The position numbers and the translations under genes are program-made. Below are positions 48,524-58,022 of a stretch of DNA of 64,000 nucleotides, one piece after another (the first letter of the stretch is position 1; each line of letters starts with the position of its first letter). Below the pieces are notes generated by a model, which worked only from the letters and a program-made list of their open reading frames with translations, did no database searches and was not told the DNA's origin. The DNA is from an uncultured Candidatus Saccharibacteria bacterium. GTDB lineage: Bacteria > Patescibacteriota > Minisyncoccia > Phycocordibacterales > UBA918. The DNA lies in contig CAYOAM010000001.1 in the NCBI GenBank assembly GCA_964402035.1, positions 371,558-435,557 on the forward strand, in the 5' to 3' direction.

Positions 48524-51262
48524 TCATCGTTGATAACGTGCTTGAATATCATTTTCAATAGCAGCTCGTTCTTTTCCGTACCGCACGTACGACGCGTTCA
48601 TGAGCGCCTCAATACGGTGAGCGTCACCAACAACAGGAGGAAATGTAGCGATGGAAAATGGTTTTGCCGGCACTCCCTCGACCAACATGCGTACGTATGC
48701 ATGTCTGTTTTCTATGTGCATCAAATCATGCGCTTTAAACTCTGGTGCAAATTGCTTTTCCAAAAATTCAGCGTCAGCAGAACCGACACGAAACGCACAG
48801 ATTGAACCCACGTTGCCAAAAACCGCATCACGAATTTTTTCATCTATTTGCGCTATAAACTGGTGTGCTATTGTGAGCCCAAGCTTGTATTTGCGCGCCT
48901 CAGAGAGAATCGATGCGATCGAGTTTGTGGTGATATTTTGAAACTCATCGATGTGGAGATAAAACGGTGCGTAGTCGCCCGATCGATCATCGACGCGTGA
49001 GAGCGCAGCCATGAGTATTTTTCCGACAATGATCATACCGATGAGGTTCGCATTGATTTCTCCCAAACGCCCCTTGGAGAGATTTACCAATAAAATTTTC
49101 TTACTGTCCATCACTTCACGCATATTAAATGCAGATGTTTGTTGACCAATGATCGGACGCATAAAATCGTTTGCGGTAAAGATATCAAACTTGGAGGTGA
49201 TATACGGCACCATATTTTCAAGCGCAGCATCTCCGCCGGCCTTGGTCGCAATTTCTTTCCAAAACTGGATGACGACGGGATTTGTCGCTTTGCTCAATTT
49301 GAGACGACGAAATTCGGCATCAGCCATGACGCGAGAGACATCGAGCAAAGTTGAACCACTTTGAGGATCATCAAGGACGAGCATGGTGGCGTTTCTAAAA
49401 TACTGTTCAAATATCGGACCCATTGATTCCGGTACCGCGCCATACAATTTTTGAAAAATTGAAAAAAGTTCGTTGACAACAAACGTTTTCTGCTCGGGAA
49501 ATTGCGGATCGTACTCGAGCATGTTGAGTCCGAGCACATGTTCCGTGTGCGCAGGATCAAAATAGATAATATCTTTTTCTCGCTCAGGGGGAACAGCAGC
49601 CAATACATCTGCAATATCGGTACCGTGTGGGTCAATAAAGCACACGCCTGCCCCATTTTTCATGTCGTCAATCACCATGTTTTTGAGCAATACCGATTTT
49701 CCCGTACCGGTCTGCCCCACGACATAAAAATGTCGCAGACGATCTTGTGGCGAAATATAAATATCAGTTTCTTTGCCACGATGTGAATTTTTTCCAATGC
49801 GCGTCCCTTGCTGCGGCATTACGATCGGTGCGGGAGCAGTTTTTGCTTGCACCTGTTTAAATTGTGGCGCAAGTTCATTGCTACCACGCGGTATATGGAT
49901 GAGTGTTGCAATTTCGCGCTCAGACAGTGGCAGTGCATACTCGTCTGCAAACTCACGAAATGAGAATCGTTGTAGTTCGCGCGTGCTCGTCCGACCCTTG
50001 AGCGTAGAAAAAGAAATACTATTTCCCATGGTGTGTTCAAACTGATTGAACGCCGCCTCTATTTCATGGACGAGCTGCTGCGCACGTGCTTCTTCCTTTG
50101 CTGAAATAGCGATACGTATCACCACCTCATGAATGGGTCGTTCAATCTTCTTTTGAAACAATTCGAGTTTCTCTTGCGGTATATCGTGCTTCTCTTTCTC
50201 CTCTTCTTTTTTCTTTGAGCTAAACAATTCATCCTGCACAAAGTGTAGGACGCTACCAAACATGGTCGACTGCTCTATCGCCTTGTCAACCGAGGTACCT
50301 TTCCGCACTTTTTTTATAATATCCTCGTACTTTTTTTGATAATCAAATGGACGAGGACGCACTAGTATCTGGAGCGATGCTCCGCCTCCCTCGCGTTCTA
50401 TTTTTGAAAACGCATTCAAGAGAACTCGCAATGGGTCATGGTCAAATGTATCGTACGTCCGTATCGGATAAATCGGAAACTTCTTGAGCTTCGCCACTGA
50501 GACGAGCGAAATTCCACCTTCAGAAAAAATATTGTAGTCATTTTTCTCTTCAGTCAAAACGGCATGTGGAAAAAGTGAGAGTAGCTGTTTTTCAAAAAGG
50601 TCAATGTACTGCGTTGGTACCGCCATATAAAAAACAATGTCGTCACTCTTGTCGGAGACCGCAATTTCGAGCGAATAATGAAAGTGCTGTTTGCGATCAC
50701 CCTTGCCAATGGTCTGGAGTCCCGCAAACAATTGCTCCATCGCCGATATGATAGCCGTCAATTCTTGCGCTTCTTCTTTTTCATCGGGAGATTCTGGGAG
50801 CGACACCGAAAACAATGTCATATGGAGAATATTCCACTCAGGTGCTCCGTCTTTGAAATTTGCAACATGCTTGCCGGTGCGGATATGCGCTACGAGTGCG
50901 CGATGCGCCTCATCGATAATAAATGAGTTTCGTGTTCGCTCAAGCACCGAAAGCGCATTGCGGATACCATAGTCTTCGGCAAGATGTATAACTTCCTCAA
51001 CCTTGTTGCGCGCCACGCTAACCTGCTCTGCAAGTCCGACCGTGAGTGCTGGCGAGAGTCTGCGATCCTCGGGCAAGACGGCGCTCGGTTCATGTTCACC
51101 ATATTCACGCAAAGCGGCCTTGCCCAAGGTCTCATAGTCTGCCGTATCGCCATTCCCTTGCCGCTCCATCATTGTACGTTCACGCTTTGCTATTTCTGCG
51201 CGCAAATACGCAATCTCTGCTTCAGGAGACCCAAAACTCTTCGGTTGTGGCCGCTCACTCAT
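48524..51262 (-). CDS. HerA/FtsK/VirB4-superfamily ATPase (DUF87-like), 912 aa with a large unknown N-terminal region
   Basis: Walker A GQTGTGKSVLLKN is followed by FIDPHGT (HerA/VirB4 DPHGE-like). Walker B YLHIDEFQNI. Arginine-finger segment EARKYKLGLTIAHQ (matching EGRKYGVGL). Confidence 0.7.
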   Translation of the reverse strand: MSERPQPKSFGSPEAEIAYLRAEIAKRERTMMERQGNGDTADYETLGKAALREYGEHEPSAVLPEDRRLSPALTVGLAEQVSVARNKVEEVIHLAEDYGIRNALSVLERTRNSFIIDEAHRALVAHIRTGKHVANFKDGAPEWNILHMTLFSVSLPESPDEKEEAQELTAIISAMEQLFAGLQTIGKGDRKQHFHYSLEIAVSDKSDDIVFYMAVPTQYIDLFEKQLLSLFPHAVLTEEKNDYNIFSEGGISLVSVAKLKKFPIYPIRTYDTFDHDPLRVLLNAFSKIEREGGGASLQILVRPRPFDYQKKYEDIIKKVRKGTSVDKAIEQSTMFGSVLHFVQDELFSSKKKEEEKEKHDIPQEKLELFQKKIERPIHEVVIRIAISAKEEARAQQLVHEIEAAFNQFEHTMGNSISFSTLKGRTSTRELQRFSFREFADEYALPLSEREIATLIHIPRGSNELAPQFKQVQAKTAPAPIVMPQQGTRIGKNSHRGKETDIYISPQDRLRHFYVVGQTGTGKSVLLKNMVIDDMKNGAGVCFIDPHGTDIADVLAAVPPEREKDIIYFDPAHTEHVLGLNMLEYDPQFPEQKTFVVNELFSIFQKLYGAVPESMGPIFEQYFRNATMLVLDDPQSGSTLLDVSRVMADAEFRRLKLSKATNPVVIQFWKEIATKAGGDAALENMVPYITSKFDIFTANDFMRPIIGQQTSAFNMREVMDSKKILLVNLSKGRLGEINANLIGMIIVGKILMAALSRVDDRSGDYAPFYLHIDEFQNITTNSIASILSEARKYKLGLTIAHQFIAQIDEKIRDAVFGNVGSICAFRVGSADAEFLEKQFAPEFKAHDLMHIENRHAYVRMLVEGVPAKPFSIATFPPVVGDAHRIEALMNASYVRYGKERAAIENDIQARYQR

Positions 51263-51357
51263 AGTAGCTTCATCGTACTTGATCTCGCCTACCGCTAGAA
51301 GTGTTTCCGTCCACAGGCCATATCACACAAGAAGGTTGTTGCGCAGCAATCGTCCAA

Positions 51358-52368
51358 TTATTGCTTAGAAACAATACTACGTTTATAAGTATCCAAATGC
51401 TCAAGCGCAATGCCAGTACCTTTTGCGACACAGTAGAGCGCATTGTCCGCAAGAATTGCTTTTACACCGGTACGACGACGTACGAGCTCGGGAAAATTGC
51501 GGAGTTGCGATGTACCTCCCGTCATAATGATGCCTTTATCAATAATATCTGACGCAAGTTCTGGTGGTGTTTCTTGAAATACATCCTTGATTGCTCGCAC
51601 CATGTCACGCAACTCGCGCGAGATAGCACGCACGATTTCATTTGTCTTGATTTCAACCGTACGTGGAAGTCCCGTCAGCAAATCGCGACCTTTGACTTGC
51701 ATCACCAACTCTTCTTCAAGTGGCAACGCTGATCCAATATTTATTTTTACTTCCTCCGCAGTCTTGTCTCCGATTGCAAGGTTGGCACTTTTTTTAACAT
51801 AGTCGATGATGGCGTGATCAATATGATTTCCTGCACACTTCACCGAGTTTGCCGCGACAATACCGCCAAGTGAAATAACCGCAACGTCGATCGTTCCGCC
51901 TCCGACATCGACGATCATGTGCCCACGCGGCTCATATATAGGTATGCCAGCTCCAATTGCGGCGAGGATCGGCTCTTTGACCACATAGGCATTGCGAGCT
52001 CCGACATTCATCGCCGCCTCGACCACAGCACGCTTTTCAGTCGAAGAAACTCCAGCAGGTACCGACACCATGACATCCGGCTTAAATATCGAATACGGTC
52101 CAAGAGCTTTGCGGAGAAAATACCGCAACATCGCCTCAGTCACGCGATAGTCTGCGATGACGCCATCTTTCATCGGACGATACGCACGAATATTTTCTGG
52201 CGTCCGACCCACCATCTCTTTTGCCTCCGCGCCCACAGCAAGGATTTTTTTATCATCAGATATCGCCACAACCGAGGGTTCATTGAGTACAATCCCCCGC
52301 CCAGGGATAAAGACGAGCACATTAGTTGTACCCAAATCAATACCAACTTTTGGAGTGAAATAAGACAT
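51358..52368 (-). CDS. second actin-like MreB/Mbl paralog
   Basis: Actin-fold motifs VGIDLGTTN, DVGGGTIDVAV and IIMTGGTSQL. 336 aa. Shares only low identity with the mreB at 42303..43373. Confidence 0.8.
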   Translation of the reverse strand: MSYFTPKVGIDLGTTNVLVFIPGRGIVLNEPSVVAISDDKKILAVGAEAKEMVGRTPENIRAYRPMKDGVIADYRVTEAMLRYFLRKALGPYSIFKPDVMVSVPAGVSSTEKRAVVEAAMNVGARNAYVVKEPILAAIGAGIPIYEPRGHMIVDVGGGTIDVAVISLGGIVAANSVKCAGNHIDHAIIDYVKKSANLAIGDKTAEEVKINIGSALPLEEELVMQVKGRDLLTGLPRTVEIKTNEIVRAISRELRDMVRAIKDVFQETPPELASDIIDKGIIMTGGTSQLRNFPELVRRRTGVKAILADNALYCVAKGTGIALEHLDTYKRSIVSKQ

Positions 52369-52501
52369 ATCTCTAAAACGTGCTTAGTATAGCAGTTTTT
52401 TAGCTTATATATTGAAGATACTTGCTTTATTCATGTTATATGGTATAATTGACACCTGATATTGTTCCCAGTTCTTCTCACTATCGACAGGGAGTATCCC
52501 A

Positions 52502-52984
52502 ATGAACAATTCTTCAATGCAAGCAAACCCCTGCATTCTTGTTGCTTTACGTGGAGGTATCAAGGATGCGTTTGCCGAAATCATAAGGCAAATCGAGCTA
52601 TTAGAAATGGAATTCGATGCACTGCGTTTGAGACCGCTCGACTCCGAAGAAGAGAGACGATTCCTACTTTCTTTTCACAAAGAAATAGGCGTCTCTCTAA
52701 AAAGTATATTGCGTCAATCCGCCACGATGGATGTTGTCAATACAATGACATCAATCGACACTGTTCTCTGTCTTTACGCATTCGCCACAAGCAACCGATG
52801 CATTGAAAAGGTGAAACCAAGAACGATTGTTGTTCTGACAGAATTTAGGGTGACGTTTCAAGCTCTTGACCGGGCACGAAAATGGCTTCAAAGGGAAGTT
52901 GAATACATTACCAACCCGCCACCATTGTGGTGGCGCATACTTGCGGGTCTAACGAACAGCCGAGCACCGTTGCGCGGTCGGTAA
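52502..52984 (+). CDS. hypothetical protein
   Basis: 160-aa ORF in the divergent region between mreB2 and murA. No motif. May be spurious. Confidence 0.3.
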   Translation: MNNSSMQANPCILVALRGGIKDAFAEIIRQIELLEMEFDALRLRPLDSEEERRFLLSFHKEIGVSLKSILRQSATMDVVNTMTSIDTVLCLYAFATSNRCIEKVKPRTIVVLTEFRVTFQALDRARKWLQREVEYITNPPPLWWRILAGLTNSRAPLRGR

Positions 52985-53047
52985 CAACATTCGCCCACGA
53001 AGAGTCGCTTGCGACCTTCGTGGGCGATTTTTCTATTTATCTTTCCA

Positions 53048-53095
53048 TACCAAGGGTAGCCCTTGGTAGATATTTTTTCCAAGGGTTACCCTTGG
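53048..53095. promoter_or_regulatory. two tandem 17-21-bp perfect palindromes CCAAGGG-N3-CCCTTGG upstream of murA (candidate operator pair)
   Basis: taccaagggTAGcccttggta (53048-53068) and ccaagggTTAcccttgg (53079-53095). Centres are ~30 bp apart. They lie 60-110 bp upstream of the murA start. Confidence 0.4.
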
Positions 53096-53155
53096 CAGTA
53101 TCTGTCCTTACCTTGAGATCTTCCCTCAAAGTCTATATTGACGTATCATTTCGCT

Positions 53156-54493
53156 ATGACCGATCCTAAAAGCCACAAGATCAATGTCAGTCTCTCTATT
53201 GAAGGCGGACACCCACTCTCGGGGACTATTGAAACAAACACCAGCAAAAATGGTGCTGTTGTGCTCTTGGCCGCTTCCCTACTCAACAAAAAAACCACAA
53301 CGCTGCACAAAATGCCACAGATCGAAGAGGTGTTTCGCCTCATTGAAGTGTTGCGCAGCATCGGAGTTGTCGTCACCTGGAGCGGTTCAACACTCACTCT
53401 AACTCCACCTCCAAAATTTTTACTTGACGATGTCGATGTACCCGCAGCACAGCTCACCCGCAGCATTTTGATGTTTATTGGTCCCCTACTGCATCATTTT
53501 TCTTCTTTTTCACTTCCTCAGTCAGGCGGATGTAGACTCGGTGCACGCACAGTACGTCCGCACTTTTTTGCACTCGAACCATTGGGAGTTGCAGTCACAA
53601 CCGAAGAAGAGCGCTTCAATATTTCACACGAGAAGCTTACACAGCCTGCAGAAATCATCCTCTATGAGTCTGGCGACACGGTCACAAACAACCTCACCAT
53701 GGCGCTCGCACTAATGGAAGGCACGACGACAATCAAGTACGCCTCAGCCAACTACCAAGTGCAGGAGCTCTGTTTCTTCCTCGAAAAATGTGGGGTCAAG
53801 ATTGAAGGAATTGGATCTACCAACCTCACCATCACCGGTGTACGTGAAATCGCACAAGATATTGAGTACACACTTTCAGAAGATCCGATAGACAGCATGT
53901 TTTTTATCGCTACAGCGATCGTGACGAAGTCTGCGATCACTATCACTCGCGCGCCGATCGAATTTCTGGAACTCGAACTTTTGAAATTGGAAAAGATGGG
54001 TTTTGTGTACACCAAAAGCGCTCCGTACTTCTCACACAATGGTCGCACCAAACTTGTCGACATTCATACACAACCATCCAAGCTCATTGCACCAGAAGAA
54101 AAAATTTATGGCCGCCCCTATCCGGGACTCAATATCGACAACCTCCCATTTTTTGCTGTCATTGCGACACAAGCCGACGGACAGACACTGATCCATGACT
54201 GGGCATACGATGGCCGCGCCATCCACTACACCGAACTTTCAAAACTCGGAGCCGAAGTACTGCTGGCTGACCCACATCGCATCTTTATCTCAGGACCATC
54301 GACCCTAACACCTGCCGATCTCACCTGTCCTCCAGCACTACGGCCTGCAGCGATACTCTTAATCGCCATGTTGGGTGCGGAAGGCACGTCCAAACTCCGC
54401 AATATCTATAGTATCAAGCGTGGCTACGAAAACTTGGCTGAACGACTTGCTTCGATTGGTGCGCATATCACCTCCTTTGAAGAAGATCTCTAA
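53156..54493 (+). CDS. murA: UDP-N-acetylglucosamine 1-carboxyvinyltransferase
   Basis: EPSP-synthase-fold repeats. The conserved N-terminal (L/V)SG-type segment (GGHPLSGTIETNTSKNGAVVLLAASLL) and the active-site Cys region. The start is trimmed to MTDPKSHKINVS. Confidence 0.9.
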   Translation: MTDPKSHKINVSLSIEGGHPLSGTIETNTSKNGAVVLLAASLLNKKTTTLHKMPQIEEVFRLIEVLRSIGVVVTWSGSTLTLTPPPKFLLDDVDVPAAQLTRSILMFIGPLLHHFSSFSLPQSGGCRLGARTVRPHFFALEPLGVAVTTEEERFNISHEKLTQPAEIILYESGDTVTNNLTMALALMEGTTTIKYASANYQVQELCFFLEKCGVKIEGIGSTNLTITGVREIAQDIEYTLSEDPIDSMFFIATAIVTKSAITITRAPIEFLELELLKLEKMGFVYTKSAPYFSHNGRTKLVDIHTQPSKLIAPEEKIYGRPYPGLNIDNLPFFAVIATQADGQTLIHDWAYDGRAIHYTELSKLGAEVLLADPHRIFISGPSTLTPADLTCPPALRPAAILLIAMLGAEGTSKLRNIYSIKRGYENLAERLASIGAHITSFEEDL

Positions 54494-54546
54494 GATAGAT
54501 CGGAGCTGTAGGAAAATCGCGGACAACGTTTTTTGCAATAGCAACC

Positions 54547-54607
54547 AATGCCCGCAAGCCCTTTTAAAAAAACGTGGCCAGCGGTTTATGTTGGGCATTT
54601 TTTTTTG
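54547..54607 (+). terminator. terminator-like structure after murA
   Basis: The long-range stem aatgccc ... gggcatt is followed by T9. Confidence 0.4.
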
Positions 54608-54640
54608 GTTTTCTGATTCTCACAAGGTACACTACTCCTG

Positions 54641-56527
54641 ATGTTTGTTATTGAAATTACTCCCATTGGTCGTGGTGTTTTGGCTGAATCACTCTCCTAT
54701 TTTTCGCATACCGCCTACCCACTGGGCGCACTACTCTCCATTGCCGTTCGAAAAAGTACTCAACTCGGTGTCGTGACCAAAATCACCGATGCTTTTTCAA
54801 TGAAAACTGCGCTGCGTGCAGCAACATTTTCACTGCGCAAGCTCGACGAACAGGTACCAAAGCATCATCTTTCACCGCATATCATAGAGACAGCAACCAA
54901 GGCTGCTGCTTTTTACGCTGCATCCATGGGATCCGTTCTTTTTTCGTTGATCCCAAAAGAGATACGCGAAGGAACCATTCCTTTTTTAGAAGGGACTGAA
55001 CACAATGATATACTCCCCAATACTGAAAAACCCTACGTATTTATTGCCCCCGCAAAAGAACGGTACCGTGAATATCGGAGAATGGTGCGAGAATCGTTTG
55101 CAAATAAAAAATCAGTGCATTGTGTACTGCCAACGCTCGAGTATGTGAGCGAGGTACAAGACCTACTAAGTACCGGCATCGAGGCATACACCGTACTACT
55201 ACACAGTGGCCAGCCCAGGTCTTCCTTCCAAAAAATGTACGAGCGGCTACGAAATGAAGGACATCCACTGCTCATCATCACAACTCCAGGACATGCTTTT
55301 ATTGATAGAAAAGATATTGGCACGGTTATCGTGGAGCACGCACGGTCAAACGGGTATCGTGCAAAAATACGGCCATATATCGACTACCGCTTTGCGCTTG
55401 AGGTGCACGCGACCGCACACCGCCGCACACTGATATATGCAGATACCGTGGCGCGCTCCGAAGAAATATATCGATTGCACAACGGGAGTGCTACGTCATT
55501 TGGAGAACTGCCAAAAAGACACAGTCTCCCAGCAACACTGCAGGTCATCACCATGGAAAGCGAAGCAGACCCAGCAACTTTTTTGCTTATATCACCAGAG
55601 CTCAAAAAGCACTTGGAGCTCGCGGTAAAAAACAAAGAGCGGTTCTTTCTGTATTCAGCACGACGTGGACTCGCGCCACTTGTCGCATGTGCTGATTGTA
55701 AACATATTTTTAGAGACCCACATTCAGGATCACCGCTCGCGCTCATACGCGCAGCGCATCATGGTGAACAAAAAAGATTCTTGGTGAGTTCTGTGTCCGG
55801 ATATCGCATGTTGGCACCTGACACCTGCCCCACCTGCGGCGGATGGCGTCTGCGCGAACGAGGCATTGGTATTCAGCATGTGTACGACGAACTTTCAAAG
55901 ATCATCGATCCTGCATCTATATTTTTGTTTGACCATATCACCGCATCGACACACAAAAAAGCGCAGAAAATCCGAGACTCATTTTATGAAAAAAAAGGAT
56001 CGATTCTTTTGGGAACCGCCCTCGCACTGCCATACATTGCGCACCCCGTACACCACAGCGCTATCATGAGTATGGACTCTCTTCGTGCCCTCCCCTCGTG
56101 GCGACAACAGGAAGAAGTATTTGCACTCATGATGTCACTGCGCGAAAAGACGATGGGCAGCGTCTTTGTGCAAACCCGGAGTGAGGATGATATTTTTGAA
56201 TTGGTCCGCCGTGGTGAATTGCAGGAGTTCTATGACCAAGAACTCAAATTGCGCGAACAATTTCGTTATCCGCCCTACGATATTTTTTTGCATCTTACGT
56301 GGTATGAAAGTGAGAACACTACAACCACTCGGGATATGCTTGGGCAACAGTTTGCACCATACGCCATTTCCCTTTATAGTGCACCCAATGTGAGCGCTGG
56401 AAAACAGCTATGGTACGGACTTATACGCATCCCGCGTTCAGACTGGCCTTTAGAAGAACTTTCCCAACAGTTACGAACGCTCCCGCCCACAATTCGTATT
56501 ATGATTAACCCTGATCGTATTATCTGA
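54641..56527 (+). CDS. priA: primosomal protein N' (PriA)-like protein with degenerate ATPase motifs
   Basis: The PriA-like N-terminal domain, the conserved-order helicase-core segments (VLLHSGQ..., LLIITTPGHAF) and the C-terminal Zn-finger cysteines CADCKHIF...CPTCGGW are all present. The Walker A position reads IAPAKERY and the DExH position reads VEHAR. Confidence 0.55.
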   Translation: MFVIEITPIGRGVLAESLSYFSHTAYPLGALLSIAVRKSTQLGVVTKITDAFSMKTALRAATFSLRKLDEQVPKHHLSPHIIETATKAAAFYAASMGSVLFSLIPKEIREGTIPFLEGTEHNDILPNTEKPYVFIAPAKERYREYRRMVRESFANKKSVHCVLPTLEYVSEVQDLLSTGIEAYTVLLHSGQPRSSFQKMYERLRNEGHPLLIITTPGHAFIDRKDIGTVIVEHARSNGYRAKIRPYIDYRFALEVHATAHRRTLIYADTVARSEEIYRLHNGSATSFGELPKRHSLPATLQVITMESEADPATFLLISPELKKHLELAVKNKERFFLYSARRGLAPLVACADCKHIFRDPHSGSPLALIRAAHHGEQKRFLVSSVSGYRMLAPDTCPTCGGWRLRERGIGIQHVYDELSKIIDPASIFLFDHITASTHKKAQKIRDSFYEKKGSILLGTALALPYIAHPVHHSAIMSMDSLRALPSWRQQEEVFALMMSLREKTMGSVFVQTRSEDDIFELVRRGELQEFYDQELKLREQFRYPPYDIFLHLTWYESENTTTTRDMLGQQFAPYAISLYSAPNVSAGKQLWYGLIRIPRSDWPLEELSQQLRTLPPTIRIMINPDRII

Positions 56528-56535
56528 CGAACACT

Positions 56536-57087
56536 ATGGCGAAACTCGTACCACAAAAACATCCTGCACTGCATCAAATAGCGGAGGAAGTACCGCTTGA
56601 AGATATTGGCTCCCCGAAGCTTAACAAAGTGCTCGCAGACATGCGGACAGCACTCCATGCATACAATGTGGAAGGTTTTTCTGGTGTCGCCATTGCAGCG
56701 CCGCAAATCGGCATTCCCTTTCGTATTTTTCTTATCGAGGATATGAATCCTGTCCGAGATGATGGAGTGGTTATCCCAGCACTTGTTGCCATAAATCCGA
56801 CCATCGTGAAAATGTCGAAACAAAAGAAAGTTGTTGGTGAAGGTTGTCTTTCGGTACCGGAAGCGTACGGTGCAGTCTCGCGATCGGTCCGCACGACGAT
56901 CCGTGCATACGATGAGAACGGCAACCTGTATGAGCGCGGTGGCAGCGGTCTTTTGGCACAAATATTCCAACATGAAGTCGATCACCTCGACGGCATTCTC
57001 TTTGTTGATAAGGCAACAAAGGTGTGGGACAAAATAGAGGAACAGGAAAAACGTCTGAATAAATCTAAAAAGGAAACACCTGAATGA
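56536..57087 (+). CDS. def: peptide deformylase
   Basis: Motifs GVAIAAPQIG, EGCLS and QHEVDHLDG. Confidence 0.9.
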   Translation: MAKLVPQKHPALHQIAEEVPLEDIGSPKLNKVLADMRTALHAYNVEGFSGVAIAAPQIGIPFRIFLIEDMNPVRDDGVVIPALVAINPTIVKMSKQKKVVGEGCLSVPEAYGAVSRSVRTTIRAYDENGNLYERGGSGLLAQIFQHEVDHLDGILFVDKATKVWDKIEEQEKRLNKSKKETPE

Positions 57088-57962
57088 AAAAAATACGCAT
57101 TGCTTTTTTTGGGACACCAGAATTTTCAGTCGATATTCTACGCGAATTGGAGAAGGCGCATATTGTGCCGTCTCTTGTCGTAACAGCTCCTGATGCGCCA
57201 CGCGGACGCCACCTCGTACTCACGCCCCCCGAAGCAAAAGTCTGGGCTCAAGAACACGATATCCCAGTACTCCAACCGACCACCCTACGGCTCACCTCCA
57301 AAGAGGACAACGATCGCGACGCACTCTATAACAGCGAATGGGATCTATTTATTGTCGCCTCATATGGAAAAATCTTGCCACAGACACTGCTCGATATCCC
57401 ACGTCACGGTACCTTAAACGTTCATCCTTCTCTACTCCCACTGTATCGTGGCGCAAGTCCGATACGATCAGCAATACTTGAAGACAACAAAGCTGCCGTC
57501 GGCGTCACCATCATGCAACTGACCGAAGGGCTCGATGAAGGACCGATCATCGCGCAAGGCCGCGTCGAGACAGAAGAGTGGCCTCCACACGCACTTGTGT
57601 TAGAAAAGCTCCTCGCACACGAAGGTGGCGAGCTATTGGCTGAGGCAATCCCTCTCTGGGTTGCAGGGGGTATCACACCAGAAGCACAGGACAACGCTCA
57701 AGCAACATTTTCATCGAAAATCACTAAAGAGATGGGCGAAATAGATCTTGCTGGTGACCCGTATCAAAATTTCTTAAAAATCCGCGCACTTGAAGGTTGG
57801 CCTGGTACCTACTTTTTTGTAGAGAAAACAGGAAAGAAAATGCGTGTAAAAATTACCGATGCATCATATGCAGATGGCACACTTCATATTGAAAAAGTTA
57901 TTCCCGAAGGAAAAAATGAAATGTCCTACGAACAATTTCAAAAATCACAAGCGACTACCTAA
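57084..57962 (+). CDS. fmt: methionyl-tRNA formyltransferase
   Basis: N-terminal formyltransferase domain (FFGTPEFSV, HPSLLPLYRG) plus a C-terminal domain. 4-nt overlap with def. Confidence 0.9.
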   Translation: MKKIRIAFFGTPEFSVDILRELEKAHIVPSLVVTAPDAPRGRHLVLTPPEAKVWAQEHDIPVLQPTTLRLTSKEDNDRDALYNSEWDLFIVASYGKILPQTLLDIPRHGTLNVHPSLLPLYRGASPIRSAILEDNKAAVGVTIMQLTEGLDEGPIIAQGRVETEEWPPHALVLEKLLAHEGGELLAEAIPLWVAGGITPEAQDNAQATFSSKITKEMGEIDLAGDPYQNFLKIRALEGWPGTYFFVEKTGKKMRVKITDASYADGTLHIEKVIPEGKNEMSYEQFQKSQATT

Positions 57963-57977
57963 GCAAACACCATAATA

Positions 57978-58010
57978 AAAGGCTGGCACCGTTGGCGCCG
58001 GCCTTTTATT
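57978..58010 (+). terminator. rho-independent terminator after fmt
   Basis: The GC-rich hairpin ggctggcacc-gttg-gcgccggcc is followed by TTTTATT. Confidence 0.55.
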
Positions 58011-58022
58011 ATGTGCCGAGTA

